A stretch of 39,644 nucleotides of DNA from a virus (taxonomy: Duplodnaviria; Heunggongvirae; Uroviricota; Caudoviricetes). The position numbers and the translations under genes are program-made. Location: IMG/VR virus record IMGVR_UViG_2718218133_000003; one strand, 5' to 3'. The notes under the pieces are model-generated. The model was given only the letters and a program-made list of their open reading frames with translations, ran no database searches and had not been told where the DNA came from. How positions within the stretch are numbered: position 1 is the first letter of the stretch; each line of letters starts with the position of its first letter. This document shows, one piece after another, positions 8,873 to 17,595 of this stretch.

Positions 8873-9139
8873 AGTGACGAGATTAAAGTGCATTAGTTCA
8901 GATGCAAATTGACATTTTGTGGCACAGGGTAGAGCTAGCGTGGTTGTCCGCTTTGTGCCAACAGCGGACATTATGGAAGGTCAGAGTTAAAGATTAAAAT
9001 GGGATGCTGTGTGTTTTCTCCAGGTTTTGCTCTATACCTTTCGGGATACTCCACCGACAGAATACGAAAATCAACATTATCAACGGCTCGAAGTGTCTAG
9101 ATTATCCATGGCAATTCATGGGAAATCCCATCCAACGGC

Positions 9140-10531
9140 TTATGCTTCATGTTGCTTTTTGAGATCGCTTCTAGCATAGCTCCACTCAATAATGTTGTCG
9201 GGTCGTTGCTGATCGAAAAGGATACGGGATTCAATACCATTACCTAAAAAGCTGGTATTCCCATCTACGTAAGAAGCTATCCCTTGTGAACCAACACGAA
9301 GAATATTTTCTAATGGCTGCTTTGTTCTTGCTGCATCGCTAAGGAGATATAAACCCGGGTACGTTTTGTTAGCACGGTGAAAAAAAAGTTCATTGTCAAA
9401 ACACATGACGATGATTATTTGTCCCGACATGAGATCGGAGAGCATTTCAGTTGGCAGATGCAAACTCATAAATGGTCGAGACAAAGGGTCAAAGAATGAA
9501 TCATTTATATTCACAACAGGGCTTTTTATACCGAGACTATCCATCCATCCATTGAAGGCAACAAAGCCCATTTCAGAATCACGGTACATACCTAAGAACA
9601 AACATTCATCAATAGTATCAATTGCCCAATTTTTTCCTCCGCGAATAATCTCCCACATTTTAACTAAGCGGTGGGTATAAAATTCAGACGGATGATCTAT
9701 CTCATTGATTTTAACTTTAGACTGATGAAAGTTGTCAAAGCCCTCGCCAGTATTAATCGCCTCCAGAACATTCATGCCACGAATGATTTGCCTTTTTATG
9801 CGATTAAATTGCTTAACATCATTATCAGGCATATTGTTAATGAAGTTTTCTTCAAAGTGCGGACATTCTGAGATAACAGAAAATTCAGCAGCTTCATAAA
9901 GCTCATTATTCTTTTCACCTGTTTTAACTTCCACGAGCTGGAAGCCATCCAGTAGATTAAAGGTGACTAAATCTCCCACATGAACAAATGTGCTCATGTC
10001 AGAGACAATCGCTACGGAGTGTTTGTCCTGGTTGATAAGATCGGCTGCGACCATAGAATCAATTATGTTATCTTCTGATAGATTGTCATTGCTTGCATTA
10101 ATAGGTAAACGCCGCAAACTAGAGTGTTCTTCATCAAGAATGCTCCAAATTATTGAGTCAATACAACGGCGAAGAATAAGAATTTCAAATTTTTTTAAAC
10201 TTATTTCATCAATACACTTTTCTTTATTTTCTTTATCCTTGTTTCGATGGTGCTCTTTTTTTTCAGTTTCCAATCTTTTTATATCTCTCAGCCGAATAAT
10301 AATCTCAAAAGATATGATTTTTTGTGAGTCTTTCCAATTTTTGAGACAGGTTTCATACTCTGCAAGAAAATCCTCATCATTGGAAGGTAGTTCTTGAATT
10401 GGATTCCCTCCCCTTATCATTTTGGCAAGTGCATGCATTAAAGATACATAATGAGGTGATAAAATTGTCCAAAACTTCCTAAACGGTTTGTACTTTTCAA
10501 GAAAAGTTGACTCATCAGTATAATTCATCAT
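9140..10531 (-). CDS. Hypothetical 463-aa protein, AT-rich, possible PD-(D/E)xK nuclease motif; candidate defence component
   Basis: ATG at 10531 with GAGG about 8 nt upstream; motif HVGDLVTF...QLVEVKTGE fits D...E.K; codon and base composition clearly more AT-rich than flanking phage genes. Confidence 0.6.
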   Translation of the reverse strand: MMNYTDESTFLEKYKPFRKFWTILSPHYVSLMHALAKMIRGGNPIQELPSNDEDFLAEYETCLKNWKDSQKIISFEIIIRLRDIKRLETEKKEHHRNKDKENKEKCIDEISLKKFEILILRRCIDSIIWSILDEEHSSLRRLPINASNDNLSEDNIIDSMVAADLINQDKHSVAIVSDMSTFVHVGDLVTFNLLDGFQLVEVKTGEKNNELYEAAEFSVISECPHFEENFINNMPDNDVKQFNRIKRQIIRGMNVLEAINTGEGFDNFHQSKVKINEIDHPSEFYTHRLVKMWEIIRGGKNWAIDTIDECLFLGMYRDSEMGFVAFNGWMDSLGIKSPVVNINDSFFDPLSRPFMSLHLPTEMLSDLMSGQIIIVMCFDNELFFHRANKTYPGLYLLSDAARTKQPLENILRVGSQGIASYVDGNTSFLGNGIESRILFDQQRPDNIIEWSYARSDLKKQHEA

Positions 10532-10620
10532 AACCAAACCTCATTCCTCTTATCTATTTTCCTCAAGGTATAAAATACCAGCCTTTTTTACATAATTATA
10601 GTTATAATATGAAGTCTCAT

Positions 10621-11490
10621 TCAGATATCTTCATACTGTACGTAAGAAATATTTGAGCCTCTGATACCATAATCTTCTAAACTGCCTGATTTTTTCTCAC
10701 CTCTATATAAAGCAACTATCCATCGAGCATTTTCTTGGATGCTTTTATTTATTTCAGTAAAGTATTCACCGTCAACTTCGGCGAGCGAGTGGCCTAAAAC
10801 GATGACCTCGTCCACATTTTTAAGCGATGAGAAAAAAACGTTTTCTTCTTTAATTATGTCTTCGCTGGGCTTGAATGTATTACCGAAGTATTCGTTTATT
10901 CTGTCGTATGCCTCTGCTATTCTTGTATCTTGATCCGGTCCTATATATGGATTTAGTGACTTTTCCACCCTAAAACTATGACCAAGTATGAGATCGTCAT
11001 CGTAACTACAATTGCCGTGAATATGTATGATTTGCTCGTCTGGAACGGCATAGATCTGCTGCAAGGTATTTGTATAATTAAATGAAAAATAGATGCTTTC
11101 TCTTGGTATGGGCGGGATGTATTGCTTAGGATTGTAAGCATCGGCTATGTTAATCCCTTTAACCCAATCAGCGAATTGCTCCTTCAAACGAGCTGACAGC
11201 ATTTGTGTGATTTTATTTACTTCATATTGGTAATCGTGATGATAAGCATCGCTCCAATCATCGGTATTGTATGAAGCCAAAAATATCTCACTGTTTTGAA
11301 GGATAAGCTCATAATCAATTTCACCTAAAGCATTTTCTAACTCATTCCACTCGTCCCCAGCAGGAATGTATTCTTCTATCGCGTCATATAGATCTTGGTC
11401 ATTTTTTTCTACATACGACTTAAAGTGCTTGTATCCTGTTGGTAAGCCATGACGCATGTCAAATCCATTTCCTATTATGTAAAGCCTCAT
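10621..11490 (-). CDS. AbiH-like abortive-infection family protein (candidate defence component)
   Basis: Start MRLYIIGNGFDMRHGLPTGYKHF matches the IIGNGFD..HGL N-terminal signature recalled for AbiH (Pfam PF14253); AAGGGA Shine-Dalgarno; AT-rich. Confidence 0.6.
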   Translation of the reverse strand: MRLYIIGNGFDMRHGLPTGYKHFKSYVEKNDQDLYDAIEEYIPAGDEWNELENALGEIDYELILQNSEIFLASYNTDDWSDAYHHDYQYEVNKITQMLSARLKEQFADWVKGINIADAYNPKQYIPPIPRESIYFSFNYTNTLQQIYAVPDEQIIHIHGNCSYDDDLILGHSFRVEKSLNPYIGPDQDTRIAEAYDRINEYFGNTFKPSEDIIKEENVFFSSLKNVDEVIVLGHSLAEVDGEYFTEINKSIQENARWIVALYRGEKKSGSLEDYGIRGSNISYVQYEDI

Positions 11491-12105
11491 TGTTTTTCCC
11501 TTAGTCGAATTGTATAAAAATACTAACATGGCCTGCTCCACGTTGACTACTATCCCCTCCTTTGAGTAATGCCTTCATCAGATGTAACAACATTTGCGAG
11601 CTTCCACAGTTCGCTCAAAGCGGACTAGAAGGTTAGCTTGCGTCGGACTTGGCGTATTTAAAGAAGTGCTGGTGGAGACTGGTTGTTGTGTTCCATTTCT
11701 ACAGAACAAAATCACAGAAACTATACCCAATAGTTATATTGAATCAATGATGAGACAGCCTCATATTTATCAGGACTGGTGTACGTCCAATACAGGAGGT
11801 TGTCGTGCTGGTTCTCAAATGTGCGCTAGCTATTGCGGCTGTAATGGCAATTTATTGTCTTGCTGTTGTTCTTACGGATCGCCTTTCTGATTGATTTTAT
11901 ATTGGCGAGGTGACGTGAGTTAAGTAGAATTGCTGCGGGTGCTTGAGGCTATCTGCCTCAGGCATGAACACCAAAGGCAGATAGAGAAAAGCCCCAGTTA
12001 ACATTACGCGTCCTGCAAGACGCTTAACATTAATCTGAGGCCAATTTCATGCTAGACACATGTAGGTTAGCCTCTTACGTGCCGAAAGGCAAGGAGAAGC
12101 AGGCT

Positions 12106-12261
12106 ATGAAGCAGCAAAAGGCGATGTTAATCGCCCTGATCGTCATCTGTTTAACCGTCATAGTGACGGCACTGGTAACGAGGAAAGACCTCTGCGAGGT
12201 ACGAATCCGAACCGGCCAGACGGAGGTCGCTGTCTTCACAGCTTACGAACCTGAGGAGTAA
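12106..12261 (+). CDS. hokD: Hok/Gef family type I toxin (HokD/RelF-like)
   Basis: 51-aa product MKQQKAMLIALIVICLTVIVTALVTRKDLCEVRIRTGQTEVAVFTAYEPEE; in-frame upstream extension to 12049 gives a 70-aa mok-like frame. Confidence 0.9.
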   Translation: MKQQKAMLIALIVICLTVIVTALVTRKDLCEVRIRTGQTEVAVFTAYEPEE

Positions 12262-12330
12262 GAGACCAGGCGAGGGAGAAATCCCTCGCCACCTCTGATG
12301 TGTCAGGCATCCTCAATGCACCCGCACTTA

Positions 12331-12356
12331 ACCCGCTTCGGCGGGTTTATTTTATC
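12331..12356 (+). terminator. Intrinsic terminator downstream of hok
   Basis: Hairpin AACCCGC-ttcg-GCGGGTT followed by a T-rich tract. Confidence 0.6.
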
Positions 12357-12719
12357 TGTAAATATTTTTATAAAAATAATGCCCACACACAGCATAAAAC
12401 AAAAAGTATCACAGATAAAAAAGGAGCGTAATGTGCAGATTTGTTGTTTTCCATATTTACTCACTTTAACATAATCAAAATTGATATGGTTGTTGTTTTG
12501 GTGGTTTCAAACGAGATGTTATGGTGATCTGGTAAAATTGCATAACATTAAAATTTAATTTATCTAATCGCTTTTAATAATAAGCGTTGTGTTTATCCCA
12601 ACAATCTGTTGTTTGATTTTTATTCCATTAATGTAGGGGCTTTACACTGGAACCAGTTTATTTATACTTTATACGCCAGCCTGAACAACTGGCACCTGCT
12701 GCGCCAGCAGAGACAACCG

Positions 12720-12998
12720 ATGGCGCACGATACCAAATTACACAATTCTGATGATTCTGCCGTCTTTGCCAGCAGGTGCGGACGGCGTTTTCATGCATTC
12801 AAATCGGACTGGTTCCAGCATCCACCATGCACTGAAGAGCAGGCTGAATGGATAATTCAGTGTTACCGCAGGCGCGGATACGAGGTTAAAAAAGCCCTTA
12901 GCCTCGACTACCGTCACTGGATAATCTCAGTCAGATTGCCTTACTCCGAACGCCCACCGCGTCCGTCCCGTACATTCCAGCAACGCATCTGGAGGTAA
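12720..12998 (+). CDS. rem: Rem-like small protein (Qin rem position)
   Basis: Synteny hok-rem-ydfU as in Qin; start MAHDTKL inside the longer ORF 12609..12998; assignment by position rather than recalled sequence. Confidence 0.4.
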   Translation: MAHDTKLHNSDDSAVFASRCGRRFHAFKSDWFQHPPCTEEQAEWIIQCYRRRGYEVKKALSLDYRHWIISVRLPYSERPPRPSRTFQQRIWR

Positions 12999-12999
12999 C

Positions 13000-14049
13000 G
13001 TGCGGGTATTACTTCGACCTGTTCTGGTACCGGAACTCGGGCTGGTGGTCGTTAAGCCGGGCCGTGAATCCATGCCGGTATTCCACAATACCCGGGTACT
13101 GGTGGAGCCGGAACCGAAAAGCATGCGTAATCTGCCGTCCGGGGTCGTTCCTGCCGTTCGCCAGCCGCTGGTGGAAGACAAAACATTGCTGCCGTTTTTC
13201 AGTAACGCACGGGTAATTCGTGCTGCTGGTGGTGCTGGTGCATTGTCTGACTGGCTGTTGTGCCATATTAAATCCTGCCAGTGGCCACACGGCGATTATC
13301 ATCACAGCGAAACCGTTATTCACCGTTATGGTACCGGCGCAATGGTGTTGTGCTGGCACTGCGACAACCAGCTGCGTGACCAGACATCCGAATCACTCGA
13401 GCAACTTGCTCATCAAAATCTGTCAGCATGGATGATTGACGTCATCGGTCACGCAATAAGCGGTACGCAGGAGCGTGAATTATCTCTGGCTGAATTATCC
13501 TGGTGGGCGGTCCGCAATCAGGTGGCGGACGCGCTACCGGAAGCGGTATTACGTCGTTCGCTGGGGTTGCGTGCGGAAAAAATCCGCTCAATGTACCGTG
13601 AAAGCGACATCGTACCGGGAGAGCAGACCGCCACCAGCATACTGAAACAGCGCACAAAAAATCTTGCGCCGCTGCCTCACGCCCACCAGCAACAGAACCC
13701 ACCACAGGAAAAGACGGTGGTCAGCATTGCCGTTGATCCTGAGTCTCCGGAATCTTTCATGAAACGACCTAAACGTCGCCGCTGGGTTAACGAGAAATAC
13801 ACACGCTGGGTGAAGACACAGCCGTGTGCGTGTTGTGGTAAGCCAGCCGACGATCCCCATCACCTGATTGGTCATGGTCAGGGCGGAATGGGGACAAAAT
13901 CTCACGATATTTTCACGCTACCGCTGTGTCGGGAGCATCACAACGAGCTTCATGCGGATCCGCTGGCGTTCGAAGAAATGCATGGTTCTCAGGTTGATTT
14001 AATTTTTCGTTTTCTTGATCACGCCTTTGCAACTGGCGTGCTTGGGTAA
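13000..14049 (+). CDS. ydfU: DUF968 family protein (YdfU-like) with C-terminal HNH-like Cys/His motif
   Basis: 349 aa, the same length as K-12 YdfU; C-terminus CACCGKPADDPHHL...CREHHNELH. Confidence 0.7.
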   Translation: MRVLLRPVLVPELGLVVVKPGRESMPVFHNTRVLVEPEPKSMRNLPSGVVPAVRQPLVEDKTLLPFFSNARVIRAAGGAGALSDWLLCHIKSCQWPHGDYHHSETVIHRYGTGAMVLCWHCDNQLRDQTSESLEQLAHQNLSAWMIDVIGHAISGTQERELSLAELSWWAVRNQVADALPEAVLRRSLGLRAEKIRSMYRESDIVPGEQTATSILKQRTKNLAPLPHAHQQQNPPQEKTVVSIAVDPESPESFMKRPKRRRWVNEKYTRWVKTQPCACCGKPADDPHHLIGHGQGGMGTKSHDIFTLPLCREHHNELHADPLAFEEMHGSQVDLIFRFLDHAFATGVLG

Positions 14050-14061
14050 AAGAGGTGACTG

Positions 14062-14436
14062 ATGCTCATAGATTTGGTTTTACCTTACCCGCCGACGGTG
14101 AACACTTACTGGCGACGCCGTGGCAGCACATATTTTATCTCGGAGGAGGGAAAGCGTTATCGCCGGGCTGTGGCGCTTATTGTTCGCCAGCAGCGGCTGA
14201 AATTAAGCCTGTCCGGAAGGCTGGCGATAAAGGTGATTGCAGAGCCACCGGATAAGCGTCGTCGCGACCTGGACAATATCCTGAAAGCACCGCTGGATGC
14301 GCTGACGCATGCGGGAGTGTTAATGGACGATGAGCAGTTTGATGAAATCAATATCGTTCGTGGTCAGCCAGTATCTGGTGGACGTCTGGGGGTGAAGATT
14401 TACCCCATAATGCATGAAGAGCAGGTCAAAAAATGA
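14062..14436 (+). CDS. rusA: Holliday junction resolvase RusA
   Basis: 124-aa ORF; LPYPPTVNTYWRRRG N-terminus and DLDNILKAPLDAL motif typical of RusA; nin-region position upstream of Q. Confidence 0.85.
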   Translation: MLIDLVLPYPPTVNTYWRRRGSTYFISEEGKRYRRAVALIVRQQRLKLSLSGRLAIKVIAEPPDKRRRDLDNILKAPLDALTHAGVLMDDEQFDEINIVRGQPVSGGRLGVKIYPIMHEEQVKK

Positions 14437-15254
14437 AACTGGAAGATTTACCGAAATACTACTCCCCAAAATCCCCTTGCCTGACCGATGCATCGGCCTC
14501 AACGTCAAAAGATGCGCTGAGTATCACTGATGTGATGGCCGCGCAGGGCATGACACAGAATCGGGCTGAGATGGGGTTTTCTGCGTTCCTGGGGAAAATG
14601 GGCATCAGTATGAATGACAGGGCGCGGGCAACAGAATTACTGGCAGATTATGCACTCAGTCGGTGCGATCGTGTGGCGGCGTTGAGAAAACTTCCGGCAG
14701 AAATAAAACCGGTAGTGATGCGCATTATGGCTTCGTACGCTTTTGAGGATTATGCCCGCAGCGCAGCGAGTAAAAAGCAGTGCCCTTGTTGCTATGGGGA
14801 AAAATTTATTGAAAGCGTAGTTTTTACAAACAAGGTCCAGTATCCGGATGGTAAGCCGCCGGTATGGGCAAAGTGTACGAAAGGTGTGTATCCGTCTTAC
14901 TGGGAAGAATGGAAAAAAGTCAGGGAAGTGGTAAAAGTTGCCTGTCCGGAGTGTGGCGGAAAGGGTGAGGTTTCCACCGCCTGTAAGGATTGCCGTGGGC
15001 GTGGTGTCGCCATTCACCGTGAAGAGTCGGTAAAACGTGGTATGCCTGTTATCAGAGACTGCCAGCGTTGTGGTGGTCGTGGCTATGAAAGACTACCATC
15101 AACGGAGGCATTTAATGCTATATGCGAGGTGACAAACCAGATAACACGCGCGTCATGGGAAAAAACAGTTAAGAAATTCTATGATGCGCTGGTGACCCGG
15201 TTTGATATTGAAGAAGCATGGGCTGAGCGGCAGTTAAAAAAGGTAACTAGGTAA
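14433..15254 (+). CDS. Q: Late gene antiterminator Q (phage 82/21-like, zinc-binding)
   Basis: 273-aa ORF with CPCCYG...CPECGGKG...CKDCRGRG...CQRCGGRG zinc-finger-like motifs; immediately upstream of a pR'-like promoter. Confidence 0.8.
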   Translation: MKLEDLPKYYSPKSPCLTDASASTSKDALSITDVMAAQGMTQNRAEMGFSAFLGKMGISMNDRARATELLADYALSRCDRVAALRKLPAEIKPVVMRIMASYAFEDYARSAASKKQCPCCYGEKFIESVVFTNKVQYPDGKPPVWAKCTKGVYPSYWEEWKKVREVVKVACPECGGKGEVSTACKDCRGRGVAIHREESVKRGMPVIRDCQRCGGRGYERLPSTEAFNAICEVTNQITRASWEKTVKKFYDALVTRFDIEEAWAERQLKKVTR

Positions 15255-15259
15255 CAAGG

Positions 15260-15298
15260 TTGATTTTTCCGGAATCTGTGGTAAATTCGTCATAATGA
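15260..15298 (+). promoter_or_regulatory. Late promoter pR' (-35 TTGATT, 16-bp spacer, -10 TAAATT) with predicted start near 15298
   Basis: TTGATT at 15260..15265, TAAATT at 15282..15287, then ...ATGGGC, closely resembling lambda pR' (TTGACT ... TAAATT ... ATGGG). Confidence 0.65.
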
Positions 15299-15334
15299 TG
15301 GGCTTTTTATGCCTGACGTTAGAAGAGTTTCTAC

Positions 15335-15360
15335 AACCCGCCGCCGAGCGGGTTTTTTAT
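15335..15360 (+). terminator. tR'-like intrinsic terminator (Q antitermination target)
   Basis: Hairpin AACCCGC-cgccga-GCGGGTT followed by TTTTTT, about 40-60 nt downstream of the pR' start. Confidence 0.65.
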
Positions 15361-15397
15361 TGCGGAATTAATTACGGACCGTTATTATTCTGCTCAC

Positions 15398-15473
15398 GGC
15401 CCTTTAGCTCAGTGGTGAGAGCGAGCGACTCATAATCGCCAGGTCGCTGGTTCAAATCCAGTACAGCGCGCCA
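15398..15473 (+). tRNA. tRNA-like sequence (ileX/ileZ-like, anticodon CAU) with non-complementary acceptor stem; probable pseudo-tRNA
   Basis: D-arm GCTC-AGTGGTGA-GAGC, anticodon loop CTCATAA, T-arm GCTGG-TTCAAAT-CCAG and 3' CCA are present, but 5' GGCCCTT cannot pair with 3' ACAGCGC. Confidence 0.5.
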
Positions 15474-15610
15474 TATTCATTCTTCCAGATTCCTTCCGGC
15501 AGAGCCTTATACTGAAATATACTTGGCTCAGGATCTTGTTGAAAATATTATATGTTTGTCAAAAATAAAAGTTCTGTTAAGTATTGATTGAGTGTTTGTT
15601 ATACCGTCTA

Positions 15611-15937
15611 ATGGTTTTTTCAGCATTAAATATTTATCATTCATATGGTGTGGGTAGAGTGAATATTGATGAGGCGTCGGGGTGTTTCATCCTTAGGCAG
15701 CGTATTGATATAGTCAATGCAGCACGAGCAAAGGCCTTCAGCCGTTTGACAGTTTTGTTTTGTACTCCTGATCGTCTTTCGGGAAGAGACGTTATTATTC
15801 TGAATAGTGATGCTATACAGAGGGTTTGCGATGAGTTCATGGTTGCTAATTCAGAATTATTTGCTCTTGTTCAGGAGTACAACAGAATAGCCAGGACCTG
15901 TGGTATGGATGAACTTCGGATTACTCATCTGGGGTAG
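15611..15937 (+). CDS. Hypothetical protein (start uncertain)
   Basis: ORF 15584..15937 with in-frame ATG at 15611; no recognised motif. Confidence 0.3.
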   Translation: MVFSALNIYHSYGVGRVNIDEASGCFILRQRIDIVNAARAKAFSRLTVLFCTPDRLSGRDVIILNSDAIQRVCDEFMVANSELFALVQEYNRIARTCGMDELRITHLG

Positions 15938-16411
15938 ATACATATCTGGATTATCACCTGTTACGGTAAAAAGTTATTGCTTACTGTTTTTGTGAATGGC
16001 ATTGCAGCAGCCGGATAATGTCAGTGCTGGCTGACGGTGTGCTGGTGGCGGGTGTGGTGGTTATTGCTTTCCCGTTGCTGAAAAAGAAAACGCCAGACTG
16101 TTAGCCGGGTATCAGTTAGCGGGAGAAATTTTTAAATACTTCACAATTCAGGCGGTTGACTGTTGTCTGGTTTGCGGGGAGTTTGTTAAAAGAAACTGGC
16201 ATGGTGAATCCCCCTGTGCGGAGGGGCAATCAGCGAGTAGGTATATGGGATAATCGCGGATTCAGGTGCTGGTACTGAATTCACCGGGAGGCACCCGGCA
16301 CCATGCACTTCAATAGATTCTCTCCACATTATGGATATTCTTTCAGAATATCCCACGCAGACTTTGTGTAAATGTTAACAAATGTGCGTTTTATTTGATC
16401 TGATTCGCTGT

Positions 16412-16441
16412 TTGAGCGTCCAAAACAACGGTATATATAAT
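16412..16441 (+). promoter_or_regulatory. Candidate sigma70 promoter for the first TolA-domain lipoprotein moron
   Basis: TTGAGC ... TATAAT-like element about 30 bp upstream of the gene start at 16471. Confidence 0.4.
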
Positions 16442-16470
16442 CCTTTACTATATGACATATGTGAGGAAAA

Positions 16471-16899
16471 ATGGGTTTTCGTAGCGCATCAATTCTTACG
16501 TTGATTATTAGTGGGATTATTATCGGGTGCACTGATGCTGTATCGACAAATTATCATGACCGTACATCATATTACTCCGATAAAGCAATAGAGACACAGT
16601 ATGTGAGTTCATCTGAACGTACTTCTGATGTTAGTGAGGATATCCGTCTGTATGCCCATCAAATCAAGAGCGCCATCGAAAAACAGTTCGGGGATGCGAG
16701 TAAGTATTCAGGAAAAGAGTGTACACTGAGAATGCATATGGCCCCGAATGGCCTTCTACTGGAGGTTAAAAGAGAAAGTGGAGACCTCGATTTATGTCGT
16801 GAAGCGATGAATGCGATAAAGAATGCTGATATACCTGCCCCCCCTTCGCCGGAAGTATATAAAGTATTTCAAAATGGGGTGCTGGATTTTAAACCCTGA
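16471..16899 (+). CDS. Lipoprotein with TolA C-terminal domain III-like domain
   Basis: Signal peptide plus lipobox (IIIGC); C-terminal ~85 aa (YAHQIKSAIEKQFGDASKYSGKECTLRMHMAPNGLLLEVK...PEVYKVFQNGVLDFKP) aligns closely with E. coli TolA domain III as recalled. Confidence 0.7.
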   Translation: MGFRSASILTLIISGIIIGCTDAVSTNYHDRTSYYSDKAIETQYVSSSERTSDVSEDIRLYAHQIKSAIEKQFGDASKYSGKECTLRMHMAPNGLLLEVKRESGDLDLCREAMNAIKNADIPAPPSPEVYKVFQNGVLDFKP

Positions 16900-17049
16900 T
16901 ATTTATTGTTTTGTAATAAACGGTTTCGGCTTAGGTTTGTTCTGACACAACTACGGCACTGAGCTAAATTTAGCGGATAGTCAACTCTGAGCCAGTGGCG
17001 GACGTAACAACTACTATTGCTGAGATTTTAATGGATTGAGGAGCAAGAA

Positions 17050-17445
17050 GTGGGATTAAAGAAAATCGTTATGTTGACTTTTTGGGTCGGTTTTGTTGCG
17101 GGATGCACACCTTTACACCCTTCAGATTGCCACAAAACTACTGCTACAGGTAGTTGCAGTTCAGGACGCTGGGATGATCAGGATGAATGGGGGGCGCAAG
17201 CGCGGGGAATCAGAGCTGCAATTAATGCCAAACTTGATGAGCCGCATAACTGGAAAGGGAAAAAATGCAGGTTGCATATGGAATTCTCTCAGGATGGCAC
17301 GGCGTTAAAAATATCTACCAGTAACGGTGATAAAGCCTATTGCGAAGCGATAAAGTCCGCAGCTCATAAAGCCAAATTTCCGGCCTTCAACAATCCGGAA
17401 GTCTACAGAGATTTTCAGAAATCTGGCTTTGACATGCGAGGTTAG
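17050..17445 (+). CDS. Second lipoprotein with divergent TolA domain III-like C-terminus (paralogue of 16471..16899)
   Basis: GTG start with GAGGAG Shine-Dalgarno; lipobox (VAGC); C-terminus GKKCRLHMEFSQDGTALKIS...PEVYRDFQKSGFD follows the same pattern. Confidence 0.6.
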   Translation: MGLKKIVMLTFWVGFVAGCTPLHPSDCHKTTATGSCSSGRWDDQDEWGAQARGIRAAINAKLDEPHNWKGKKCRLHMEFSQDGTALKISTSNGDKAYCEAIKSAAHKAKFPAFNNPEVYRDFQKSGFDMRG

Positions 17446-17570
17446 CTCTTCAATTACTATATCTCATTCATAGCAAACTGACAGATTTGATGATGTTCTA
17501 TATACGAAACCTGTGATGTCAAGTCTGAGCTAATACAAATAAACATAATATCAGAGAAATACATTTTATT

Positions 17571-17595
17571 AGCTCGCTACGGCGAGCTTTTTATA
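17571..17595 (+). terminator. Intrinsic terminator after the lipoprotein morons
   Basis: Hairpin AGCTCGC-tac-GGCGAGCT followed by TTTTTAT. Confidence 0.55.

Noticed and set aside
8945-8970. Perfect 8-bp-stem hairpin TGTCCGCT-loop-AGCGGACA as a bidirectional terminator
   Set aside because: No U-tract on either strand; may be a protein-binding palindrome or chance; kept out of the feature list
11594-11890. Full 98-aa ORF upstream of hok
   Set aside because: The N-terminal two thirds have no start signal and poor coding character; only the Cys-rich C-terminal 47 codons were kept as a low-priority finding
12927-13905. Minus-strand ORFs antisense to the DUF968/ydfU-like gene
   Set aside because: Overlap a 349-aa gene with conserved motifs and correct synteny; products look like antisense artefacts
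15637-15840. 67-aa minus-strand ORF antisense to the 15611..15937 ORF
   Set aside because: Short, no Shine-Dalgarno, overlaps a slightly better-supported frame
15940-16410. Possibility of a Shiga toxin or other cargo gene in the Q to S interval
   Set aside because: No ORF of suitable size or character; the interval contains only the tRNA-like element, one weak ORF and the lipoprotein morons
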